The notes under the pieces are model-generated. The model worked only from the letters and a program-made list of their open reading frames with translations, was not told the DNA's origin and did no database searches. From Seinonella peptonophila (GTDB taxonomy: Bacteria; Bacillota; Bacilli; Thermoactinomycetales; Thermoactinomycetaceae): a stretch of DNA of 32,000 bases. The stretch lies in the NCBI RefSeq assembly GCF_900129355.1, contig NZ_FQVL01000001.1, positions 541,753 through 573,752 on the forward strand, in the 5' to 3' direction. The translations under genes and the position numbers were made by a program. Shown piece after piece: positions 19,157-27,031 of this stretch (within the stretch, counting starts at the first letter, position 1; each line of letters opens with the position of its first letter).

Positions 19157-19173
19157 CTTTATTCCTCCATCAA

Positions 19174-20250
19174 TCAAATCGCAATAAATTCTTTTGTTGC
19201 TTTTGTTAATCGAATGGCACCTGACTCTGTTATCAGTACATCGTCTTCAATTCGTACGCCAAATTCATTTGGAAGGTAAATACCTGGCTCTACAGTTACC
19301 ACCATACCGGGTCTTAGTACTTCCTCACTCGTTAATCGCAAAGAAGGCGCTTCATGAATCTCTAAACCGATCCCATGTCCTGTTCCATGACGAAAGAAGT
19401 CACCATAACCATAACTCTCTATCACATCACGCGCAATCTGATCTACTTCTTTCCCAGTCATTCCAGGGCGCATTGTCTCTAAAGTCTTCTCTTGTGCCTC
19501 TAATACAATACCATAAATTTCACTATGCTTCTCATCTGGCTTACCTAAGAAAAATGTTCGTGTCAAATCAGAAACATAGCCATCTACAAAACAACCGAAA
19601 TCAAAAGTAATCATTTCGTTATGATGAATGATTTTCTCACTTGCAATGCCATGTGGAAGTGAAGAACGATGTCCAGAGGCAACAATTGTAGCAAACGAAG
19701 GGCCTGACGCTCCCATCTTCCTCATTAAAAATTCAATGCGTGCTGCAATTTCCTGTTCAGTATTTCCCGGACGAATCTCTTCTAACATTTGTTCATATAC
19801 CTGATCTACAATCCTCATCGCCCGTTGATGTGCTTGTAATTCTTGATCATCTTTTATCAACCGAAGTTCCTCAACAAAGCCCTTGATTGGAACAAGTTGC
19901 GTTTCATGGCATAGGTGTAACAAGATACGATACTCAGCATATGTTAAATGCTCTTCCTCAAAAGATAATATTTGAACCGACTCCTGCTGGCATAGCGCCG
20001 CTACACGCTCAAATTCATTCCCGTCGTGCATTTCAACTTGAAAATCAGGTGATTGTTGACGCGCTTGCGTCATATACCTTCCGTCAGTGACTAAGAATGC
20101 TTTGCTTAGAGTAATGAGTAAGATTCCAGCCGTGCCTGTAAATCTACTTAGATATGTTCGATTTGGTATACTCGTAATCAAAATACCTTCAATCTGTCTT
20201 TCCCTCATCTGAGTTCTTAAAGTTTCTAAGCGCTTTTCCAATCCTTTCAC
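19174..20250 (-). CDS. papA: Xaa-Pro dipeptidase/aminopeptidase (M24B family)
   Basis: Creatinase-like N-terminal domain and an M24 pita-bread core with metal ligands ([31 protein letters not shown]...RIED). The aroQ-papA-efp synteny matches B. subtilis yqhS-yqhT-efp. Confidence 0.85.
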   Translation of the reverse strand: MKGLEKRLETLRTQMRERQIEGILITSIPNRTYLSRFTGTAGILLITLSKAFLVTDGRYMTQARQQSPDFQVEMHDGNEFERVAALCQQESVQILSFEEEHLTYAEYRILLHLCHETQLVPIKGFVEELRLIKDDQELQAHQRAMRIVDQVYEQMLEEIRPGNTEQEIAARIEFLMRKMGASGPSFATIVASGHRSSLPHGIASEKIIHHNEMITFDFGCFVDGYVSDLTRTFFLGKPDEKHSEIYGIVLEAQEKTLETMRPGMTGKEVDQIARDVIESYGYGDFFRHGTGHGIGLEIHEAPSLRLTSEEVLRPGMVVTVEPGIYLPNEFGVRIEDDVLITESGAIRLTKATKEFIAI

Positions 20251-20702
20251 ATCCTCTCAATCTCCTCTAAAGCAAATAGCTGCTGAAAAGCTAGTAAGGC
20301 TAATTCATAACTAGCACTTCCAAACCCACTAATCTGACCTTTGGCAACACCAGCTATCACTGAATGATGACGAAACGAGTCCCGTGCATGGATGTTCGAT
20401 AAATGAACCTCAATCACTGGGACTGTAATAGATGCAACTGCATCACGCAGTGCATAGCTATAGTGGGTATATGCACCTGGATTTAAGATAATCGCATCAT
20501 AATGTGTATCCGCTTCATGAATAGCATCGATTAACTTTCCTTCATGATTTGATTGAAAAGCATCAAGCTCCCACCCCAATGTAGTAGCCTTCTCTTGTAA
20601 TTGCTGATTAATCTGTTCAAGTGTTAAATGCCCGTATATATCTGGTTCTCGGTTTCCTAAACGATTGAGATTTGGACCATGTATTACATAAATTTTTTTC
20701 AT
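20247..20702 (-). CDS. aroQ: Type II 3-dehydroquinate dehydratase
   Basis: MKKIYVIHGPNLNRLGNREPDIYG, NHEG, and NPGAYTHYSYALRDA...EVHLSNIHARD are type II DHQase signatures. Confidence 0.93.
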   Translation of the reverse strand: MKKIYVIHGPNLNRLGNREPDIYGHLTLEQINQQLQEKATTLGWELDAFQSNHEGKLIDAIHEADTHYDAIILNPGAYTHYSYALRDAVASITVPVIEVHLSNIHARDSFRHHSVIAGVAKGQISGFGSASYELALLAFQQLFALEEIERM

Positions 20703-20806
20703 GATGGATAAACCCCTCTCAGTACATACGTTACATTATATCATTGATTTGTTTTTACCATTCAATGTCTACATGAACATCAAAGATATCGTTTCATGTG
20801 TGACTT

Positions 20807-20815
20807 TGCTATACT
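20807..20815 (+). promoter_or_regulatory. Candidate extended -10 (TGCTATACT) for yqhQ
   Basis: TGn plus TATACT lies ~35 nt upstream of the yqhQ start in the divergent intergenic region. There is no convincing -35. Confidence 0.3.
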
Positions 20816-20848
20816 AGGTATGAAAGAATAAAGGTGGTGCCAAATTCC

Positions 20849-21790
20849 ATGTCAGAACAGATCACTCAATATGGTGGTCAGGCTGTAATTGAGGGTGTGA
20901 TGTTTGGTGGAATACACTCACAAGTAACAGCGGTCCGCCGTCAGAATGGAACAATCGAAACATACGAAGTTTCAAAAAAACAAATCTCATGGGTCGATAC
21001 ATTAAAGAAAATCCCAATTCTTCGTGGCATTGTCGCTTTAACTGAATCAAGTGCAACAGGAGCAAAGCACTTACAATTTGCTAGTGACAAATTTGCTGAA
21101 GATGAAGAAGGGGAGCCCATTTCAAAATCCCAGTCATCATGGGCTTTATATCTAGGTGTTGCTGTAATTGGTGTGATCTCACTCATTATCGGTAAAATGA
21201 TCTTCACAGCCTTGCCTGCTTTTTTAGCCAGTATAATTTTTGATCCTTATGTTAAAAATTTAATTATCCAAAACTTATTAGAAGGCGCGATTAAAACGAT
21301 TTTACTGCTAGCCTATCTACTCATTCTCGTTCAAACTCCTATGATCAAGCGACTGTTTCAATATCATGGAGCTGAACATAAAGTGATTAACGCTTACGAA
21401 GCAAGACTTGAGTTAACAGTAGAAAATGTTCAAAAACAGTCCACCCTTCACTACCGTTGTGGCAGTAGTTTTATGATTTTAACCATTATCGTAGGGGTTT
21501 TCGTCTATTCATTTTTTAGTTATGACAGTGTTTGGGAAAGAATATGGATTCGCTTATTGCTGTTACCACTAGTCATCGGACTCTCTTATGAGTTATTGCG
21601 TATTACAAATGCAGTACGTGAAGTTCGTCTTTTAAAATACCTTGGTTATCCAGGTCTGTGGTTGCAAAAACTTACAACAAGACAGCCTAATGATGATCAA
21701 GTTGAAGTAGCCATCGCAGCCTTTCAAAGGATGCATGAATTGGATCAGCAAAGTGAGAATGTTACATCTCAAGTGGCGCAACCCTGTTAA
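20849..21790 (+). CDS. yqhQ: DUF1385 family membrane protein (YqhQ-like)
   Basis: MSEQITQYGGQAVIEGVMFGG and YHGAEHKVINAYE are hallmark DUF1385/YqhQ motifs. The gene is divergent from aroQ, as in B. subtilis. The track's GTG 20834 lies inside the AAGGTGG SD. Confidence 0.88.
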   Translation: MSEQITQYGGQAVIEGVMFGGIHSQVTAVRRQNGTIETYEVSKKQISWVDTLKKIPILRGIVALTESSATGAKHLQFASDKFAEDEEGEPISKSQSSWALYLGVAVIGVISLIIGKMIFTALPAFLASIIFDPYVKNLIIQNLLEGAIKTILLLAYLLILVQTPMIKRLFQYHGAEHKVINAYEARLELTVENVQKQSTLHYRCGSSFMILTIIVGVFVYSFFSYDSVWERIWIRLLLLPLVIGLSYELLRITNAVREVRLLKYLGYPGLWLQKLTTRQPNDDQVEVAIAAFQRMHELDQQSENVTSQVAQPC

Positions 21791-21815
21791 ATCTTTCAAG
21801 AAAAGAGGGAGATGG

Positions 21816-22109
21816 ATGTCTACTTTTTCAACGACTCAAAAAGGTTGGCACTTCCTTGTCTTAGCCCTATTCGCGATTGGATTTATAGTTGAATTGATTC
21901 AACACCCCATTTCCATCATTCTTCCTTTAGTTCTGATAGGGGTCATTTATTATCTATACAAATTCCCGCCTGCATGGCTGATCCGATTAAGTACACGTAC
22001 AGATAGAAGGTTTATCCATCCGAGATCACAACCCCAAAAAGCAATAAACAAGCGAGCAAAAAAACACTCGTTTCGAGTGATCAATGGCAAGAAAAAACGC
22101 TCTCTTTAA
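21816..22109 (+). CDS. Small two-TM membrane protein with a basic C-terminal tail (hypothetical)
   Basis: MSTFSTTQKGWHFLVLALFAIGFIVELIQHPISIILPLVLIGVIYYLY, followed by a Lys/Arg-rich tail. ATG 21816 follows AGAGGGAG. The track start at 21735 overlaps the yqhQ 3' end. Confidence 0.6.
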   Translation: MSTFSTTQKGWHFLVLALFAIGFIVELIQHPISIILPLVLIGVIYYLYKFPPAWLIRLSTRTDRRFIHPRSQPQKAINKRAKKHSFRVINGKKKRSL

Positions 22110-22156
22110 GCCCTGATTGAAAATAAGCCCATTACCATTGTTGAAGTTGTTCATAA

Positions 22157-22187
22157 TAAAACCAGTTCATATGTGAACTGGTTTATT
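22157..22187. terminator. Bidirectional intrinsic terminator between convergent genes
   Basis: An 11-bp perfect stem (AAACCAGTTCA / TGAACTGGTTT) with a 4-nt TATG loop, with A-rich flank upstream and T-rich flank downstream. It overlaps the stop codon of the minus-strand gene. Confidence 0.6.
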
Positions 22188-22533
22188 CTTGTTCTAACCA
22201 TTCCACCATAACAGGTTGATAAATCTCTAATAACAAGTAAGGGCTTATCACAATTTGCGGAAAAACCATGCCTTTCTGAGGATGAGATTCTTTTACATAA
22301 ATGATGGTACCATCCTCCGTTTCCTCCTGTCGCATAATCTCTAATTTATAACCAGGATTAGGCCGCTCGCCTAAAGCAATTAACAAATATTCAAGATTTG
22401 GCAATTGGAAACGATGTTGACCTTGTTGTGTTTTCTTCTCCTGCATCCATTCAAGTACAGCACTGGGCAATGAGCGATGTTCGACATGCGGTATGAGTCG
22501 GTAATTATAATTCTTCGGTTGATGTAAGGACAT
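22183..22533 (-). CDS. PrcB C-terminal-domain-like protein (hypothetical)
   Basis: 116 aa. LPSAVLEWMQEKK...EYLLIALGERPNPGYKLEI...IYVKESHP...FPQIVISPY fits the PrcB_C pattern as I remember it (G-x-x-P-x-x-GY core). No N-terminal signal sequence is present. Confidence 0.5.
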   Translation of the reverse strand: MSLHQPKNYNYRLIPHVEHRSLPSAVLEWMQEKKTQQGQHRFQLPNLEYLLIALGERPNPGYKLEIMRQEETEDGTIIYVKESHPQKGMVFPQIVISPYLLLEIYQPVMVEWLEQE

Positions 22534-22740
22534 GTGTTTTCCGCTACAGAAGTATGCTCCTGTAAACGGACTTCCTCCTTTCTAGAAGCAATGGGGTCGT
22601 GTTTTCGACATCCCACATTCGATTATTAGTCTCTTTTTTAGTGTAACCTATTCGCACATACTTTTCCCTCAAGAATATTACCAAAGTTAATTCTTTTTTA
22701 GGTTAGCGATCACCATTCTTTTTAGTCCGTTATGGAATAG

Positions 22741-23673
22741 TTAGATTACTTTGTCTTTTGCAACCGGCTGATAGCGTGTCTGAATATATTTTTCAATTGT
22801 CCAATTATCAAAGAAAACCTCAGCAGCTTTTACACCAGAGCGAAATAACTGTTCCTTCTTTTCTCTCGATATTGAAAAGTCAGTTAATTTCACTTCCAAT
22901 GAAGGAACTGTAATGGTACGTAACTGATCCTTCTTATGAATGTATAAATTATCATGAGCATCCATCATCGTCAAGAACATCGATGTAAACATGCTAATCG
23001 GACCATGAATTTCATGAAAATGATGTTTCTCCTTTGAAAATAATCGAAGCCCAAAAGTAGGACGTTCAGGCAAATCATCAAATATCCAAACTGGAAAGTT
23101 ACTTAGGACTGCCCCATCAACTACATAACATTCTTTTGTTGTTTCTCGATTTAAAATTTTGGTTGGTTCAAAAAAGAATGGGATACTACAACTCATTCGT
23201 ACTGCTTTTGCAACTGAAAAGTTGGCTGGGTCATAACCGTAACGAGGCAAATCACGTGGTAGAACCATTAAATTCCCTGTTGTAATATCAGAGGCGATAA
23301 TGTTTATCTCCATTTCATGATTCAAATCGGCAAAAGTGCGAACCCCCTTCCGAGCAAGTAAAGAATCAATCCATGCTTCTAAGGGAGATGCAGAATGCAA
23401 ACCTTTAGATAGCCAAACTTTCAATGCAGAACCAATATAAGGAATACGCTGGATAGGCGACTTATGAATCAGTTGGCTCATATCAAACTCTAATAACAAT
23501 TTATATAGTTCATCTGCACGAAAACCCGCTGCTAAAAGCGTTGTCACGATTGATCCAGCTGAAGTTCCTGCTACTCTTTTCCATGTAAACCCTTTCTTCT
23601 CTGCAACAAGAAGCGCTCCCACTAAACCAATCACTTTCACACCGCCGCCCTCGACGACTAAATCAGCATCCAT
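22741..23673 (-). CDS. Patatin-like phospholipase
   Basis: Oxyanion motif EGGGVKV, nucleophile elbow GTSAGS (GxSxG) and catalytic DGA (VVDGAVLSNFP). Its position next to mntR matches B. subtilis yqhO. ATG 23673 follows GGAGGGG, and the track's TTG 23694 is an over-extension. Confidence 0.88.
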   Translation of the reverse strand: MDADLVVEGGGVKVIGLVGALLVAEKKGFTWKRVAGTSAGSIVTTLLAAGFRADELYKLLLEFDMSQLIHKSPIQRIPYIGSALKVWLSKGLHSASPLEAWIDSLLARKGVRTFADLNHEMEINIIASDITTGNLMVLPRDLPRYGYDPANFSVAKAVRMSCSIPFFFEPTKILNRETTKECYVVDGAVLSNFPVWIFDDLPERPTFGLRLFSKEKHHFHEIHGPISMFTSMFLTMMDAHDNLYIHKKDQLRTITVPSLEVKLTDFSISREKKEQLFRSGVKAAEVFFDNWTIEKYIQTRYQPVAKDKVI

Positions 23674-23796
23674 CTTTTCTACCCCTCCATCCAAACTGGA
23701 CGCTAGGAGGTCTTCTTATCTGAGGTAGAAATATTGTGCATAAGAACTCCTAGTCAATTTTCCATTAACCTCCTCTTTATGTTATGTGAAAAATGA

Positions 23797-23826
23797 CAAA
23801 AAAACCCCTAGAGTTCATCCCAAGGG
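23797..23826 (-). terminator. Candidate intrinsic terminator after mntR
   Basis: The minus-strand RNA reads CCCUUGGG-AUGAA-CUCUAGGG (7 pairs with one U:U mismatch), followed by G and then seven U residues. Confidence 0.5.
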
Positions 23827-24270
23827 CTACAATGTGTTTATGTCCTTCTCCAACGAATTGGATGCATCTTTAAGTGAATGTAGTTGTTGAATCAAGGATG
23901 GATTCTTTTCTAGACAATCAACTAAGTTTTCAATGCAATGGATCGAATCCCAACTAAGATGATGCTCAATCCCTTCGACATCTTTATATATTAATTCCTC
24001 GCTGACACCTATCAGTCGAAGAAATTGTTCTAATAGTAAATGACGGTCCACCAACTGCTTACCCATTTTTTTCCCTTTAGAGGTGAGGACTAAACCACGG
24101 TATTTTTCGTATACCAAATATTGTCTTTGGTCTAATTTTTGTACCATCTTTGTAACGGACGAGGGGTGAACTTCCAACGCCTCTGCGATATCTGATACAC
24201 GAGCATAACCTTTTTGATCAATAAGCTTATATATATTTTCCAAATAATCTTCCATACTCGGTGTTGGCAT
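23827..24270 (-). CDS. mntR: Manganese transport regulator (DtxR family)
   Basis: [47 protein letters not shown]... is highly MntR-like in both its winged-HTH and dimerisation domains, and the synteny fits. Confidence 0.93.
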   Translation of the reverse strand: MPTPSMEDYLENIYKLIDQKGYARVSDIAEALEVHPSSVTKMVQKLDQRQYLVYEKYRGLVLTSKGKKMGKQLVDRHLLLEQFLRLIGVSEELIYKDVEGIEHHLSWDSIHCIENLVDCLEKNPSLIQQLHSLKDASNSLEKDINTL

Positions 24271-24303
24271 AGGTGCCCTCCCTATTCTCTTTTCATCCTC
24301 TAT

Positions 24304-24332
24304 ATTTTACATTACATGTAACCTATAGGTAA
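24304..24332 (-). promoter_or_regulatory. Candidate sigmaA promoter of mntR, overlapped by two palindromes
   Basis: The minus strand reads TTACCT, a 17-nt spacer, then TAAAAT. The -35 and spacer contain the abutting perfect 10-bp palindromes ACCTATAGGT (24321-24330) and TTACATGTAA (24312-24321). Confidence 0.4.
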
Positions 24333-24459
24333 ATATCGAGAAAAGTCCGTTCATTATCATCGACAATCATCTAGATATTACCAATCAAATGTATGTTTGT
24401 CAACTAATTTTCTGAAAAAGACAGGTTTTATGAAGGGTTTCCTTCTTGTTTATTAATAT

Positions 24460-25206
24460 TCAATTATAAAGCCACTGTGTCAAATCAAGTGGTGCAAATT
24501 TTAGATAATCACAAGCAACCAAGCATAACTGTACCTCATCTATGTTACCTTGAATCGCATCGTAAGCAGACGAGCCATGTAAATGACCAAAAAGGCAGAG
24601 GCGAACTGAAAATTCTTTTAACAGCTGAAAAAAACCTGATTCCGTACATCCTTTTGTCAATGGCGGATAATGTAACATGCAAATAATCGGTCGATCAGGA
24701 TGATGTTTTCTAGCATCAGTTAAAGCAAGTTGTAGTCGACCCACTTGTCGTTCATAAATTTTGCGATCTGTTTGTTCCTGGAATGAATAATCTCCTGGTA
24801 AATTCCAACCTCTTGTCGCTACTACAACATAGTCCTCCACTAATGTCCAGTCTGCATCGATCCATTCCATGCCTTCTGGAAGTGCTTCACGAACTTTCTT
24901 TTTGCTATGTGCATAATAACAATGATTTCCTGGAGATAGCACTTTGTTACCTGGCAATTGGGCAATCCAGTCAAAATCCCAAACAGCTTCACTCAAACGT
25001 AGTCCCCAACTTATATCTCCAGGAATGAGAACAGTATCAGATACCCCCACGTGTTCGACCCAATGATCTCGGATCAAATCAAAGTAGCGTGGGTTCCAGT
25101 CAAATATATCCATTGGTTTTTCGATATCCTGTTTGGGATCAATCTGATAAAGATTAACTTTATGTCGAAAAGATAAATGTAAATCACTTAACCCAAAGAT
25201 TGCCAT
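24460..25206 (-). CDS. Calcineurin-like metallophosphoesterase
   Basis: Ordered metallophosphoesterase motifs: SDLHL (DxH), GDISW (GDxx), GNHCYY (GNH), HYPP and GHLHG. Confidence 0.85.
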   Translation of the reverse strand: MAIFGLSDLHLSFRHKVNLYQIDPKQDIEKPMDIFDWNPRYFDLIRDHWVEHVGVSDTVLIPGDISWGLRLSEAVWDFDWIAQLPGNKVLSPGNHCYYAHSKKKVREALPEGMEWIDADWTLVEDYVVVATRGWNLPGDYSFQEQTDRKIYERQVGRLQLALTDARKHHPDRPIICMLHYPPLTKGCTESGFFQLLKEFSVRLCLFGHLHGSSAYDAIQGNIDEVQLCLVACDYLKFAPLDLTQWLYN

Positions 25207-25292
25207 ATTCCCCTACGCTCCTCTGTTGATCAATACACAGTTTCCATTATTCATCTTTATCTGTAGAAGCGCAACTGATTTGTAAGACCGCT

Positions 25293-26999
25293 TCAATATA
25301 ATATGGTTTTCCCTTCGACATTGAGCGTTACTCTTTGAATAATGGGAGCGATCTGTCTAGAATAAGTTAAGTTTTTCTGTTCATTTCCATCATAAAATTG
25401 AATCATAGAACGTGTATGAGTTGTATAAATATGAACCTTTATCAATTTACTTCCTTGCTGAATCCAATCTGTTTTTTTCACGGCCATTTTCTTCAATTGC
25501 TCCTGTAAATAAAAAAGCTCAAGTCTTGATTTTGCATTCCAGTAAGCTTTCCATTGTTGATGATCAGTAGTGAGTAGATTAATAGAAAACGGATATTGCA
25601 TGGTTACCGGACGAATCATAAACGACTTTTTCAAATGAAGCTGTTCCACTGTTGAACCTGGAAACAAAACGGTTTTATTATTCATGATTTTCCCTTGACC
25701 GAAAACCAACCGCCAAGGAGTCGGATATAAATAAGAGATTGAACGATTGACTCGTTTTTTAACCAGTTCAGTCCGCGGCTGTTTTACCACAACCATTCCT
25801 TTACCTTCTATCCGCACAATAAAAGAAGATGCTATGGGTAGAGTGCCAATTCCTATCCATTTTAGCTTTGATCCAGATTCTTGAAGCTGAACCGCCAAAG
25901 GTTTCCCTCGCTCATATTCAATGATATAATGATATATTTTTCTTGGTTTCACGCGAAACTCCGATGAGATCAACATCGGCAACTGCCGTTTTCCTGACCG
26001 TTGATATAGAATAATCCGCCCATTCGAAGAGACTGTCAAGCCATATTGCTTTTCTTTATCTTTTTTTGATTGTAATAAAAAATAAAAAGTAGAACCTTTA
26101 CCCATCGAAAAACTACCTGTAATACGAGAAAATCGATCCACACCCACAGGCAATTGGTATTCCCTGTCTCTGTTTCGAAGATCGAACCAAGCAGGATTCG
26201 TGTAAAAATGATCGTTTGCTTTATCTTGCTGTGGCAGGCAAGTATGATAGGTACTTGTACTTTTCACTATGAAAATGAACATCATGAAAACTCCACACAG
26301 AACCACCCATTTCCAATGAGGCTGTTTTTGTATCGTCTTTTTCCAATATTCATCTAAATAATCATTCAATATTTCCATAAATGTTTGCATGGTCATCTTA
26401 GAGGTGATGACCTGTTTAATCAATTTAGATATCGATGAAGGGATCTTATTTACTTTCAACTGAATAAATAAATCTTCTACTCCTGAATCATAAAATTGAC
26501 CAGTTAGTAAAAAAGGTAATAATTTTCTCCAACTCTCATGCTCTTCTTCAAGATGTTCCACAGAAAAAAACAGTAATAAGGGATCACCTTCCCGAACCAG
26601 TATTTTTTTTGGATCACATGCAATGTGTAGAGGAAGATTCGTTTCTTTTACATACACGATCACTTGCAAAACTTTAAGTACAAATTGCATTGCTTGATAC
26701 AGTTCCATAGGACGATTCGGATTTACTTCTAACAATAAAGGTTCCCCGGTATTTGGAGGATGCACCAAAATCAATTGATTATCTTCAAGAATCATATCAA
26801 GAATCGGAACGATATAAGGATGTTGTAACTGCTGCATTAGCTGGTTTAAACTCATCTCTTTTATCGTTAAATCATATAAAGGAATTTTTTGAAGGCAAAG
26901 AGAGGTACCATCTAATGACCTTGCTTGAATTAACTGCCCTGTTATAGAGTCAATTACATCTTCAACAAAAAATCTTTGATCATACTGAGAATGTAACAA
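25293..26999 (-). CDS. Membrane-anchored pseudokinase-like protein, paralog B (hypothetical)
   Basis: The N-terminal ~210 aa show the order of protein-kinase subdomains with degenerate catalytic residues (LCLQKI; HPYIVPILDM..LILVH; LHIACDPKKILV in place of HRDxKPxNIL; no DFG; SWRKLLPFLLTG). One TM helix (WKWVVLCGVFMMFIFIV) precedes a ~300-aa beta-rich C-terminal region. TTG start with an AGGGTG SD. Confidence 0.6.
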   Translation of the reverse strand: MLHSQYDQRFFVEDVIDSITGQLIQARSLDGTSLCLQKIPLYDLTIKEMSLNQLMQQLQHPYIVPILDMILEDNQLILVHPPNTGEPLLLEVNPNRPMELYQAMQFVLKVLQVIVYVKETNLPLHIACDPKKILVREGDPLLLFFSVEHLEEEHESWRKLLPFLLTGQFYDSGVEDLFIQLKVNKIPSSISKLIKQVITSKMTMQTFMEILNDYLDEYWKKTIQKQPHWKWVVLCGVFMMFIFIVKSTSTYHTCLPQQDKANDHFYTNPAWFDLRNRDREYQLPVGVDRFSRITGSFSMGKGSTFYFLLQSKKDKEKQYGLTVSSNGRIILYQRSGKRQLPMLISSEFRVKPRKIYHYIIEYERGKPLAVQLQESGSKLKWIGIGTLPIASSFIVRIEGKGMVVVKQPRTELVKKRVNRSISYLYPTPWRLVFGQGKIMNNKTVLFPGSTVEQLHLKKSFMIRPVTMQYPFSINLLTTDHQQWKAYWNAKSRLELFYLQEQLKKMAVKKTDWIQQGSKLIKVHIYTTHTRSMIQFYDGNEQKNLTYSRQIAPIIQRVTLNVEGKTILY

Positions 27000-27031
27000 A
27001 TGAATTCACCCTAATCTATTGATACATTTAA

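Noticed and set aside
22574-22584. Strong SD-like AAAGGAGGAA about 40 nt upstream of the PrcB_C-like start, preceded by an in-frame TAG
   Set aside because: There is no ATG, GTG or TTG in any frame within normal spacing, so it cannot be shown to drive translation. It could hint at an N-terminally truncated gene, but I cannot support a pseudogene call from sequence alone.
22380-22616. 78-aa ORF overlapping the 5' end of the PrcB_C-like gene
   Set aside because: It is in an alternative frame over a better-supported gene, has no SD, and gives a Cys/Arg/Asn-rich implausible sequence.
23754-23775. Three-codon mini-ORF (ATG GAA AAT TGA) behind a perfect GAGGAGG in the patatin-like gene's upstream region
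   Set aside because: It is too short to evaluate, lies close to or upstream of the likely promoter, and is probably a chance purine-rich run.
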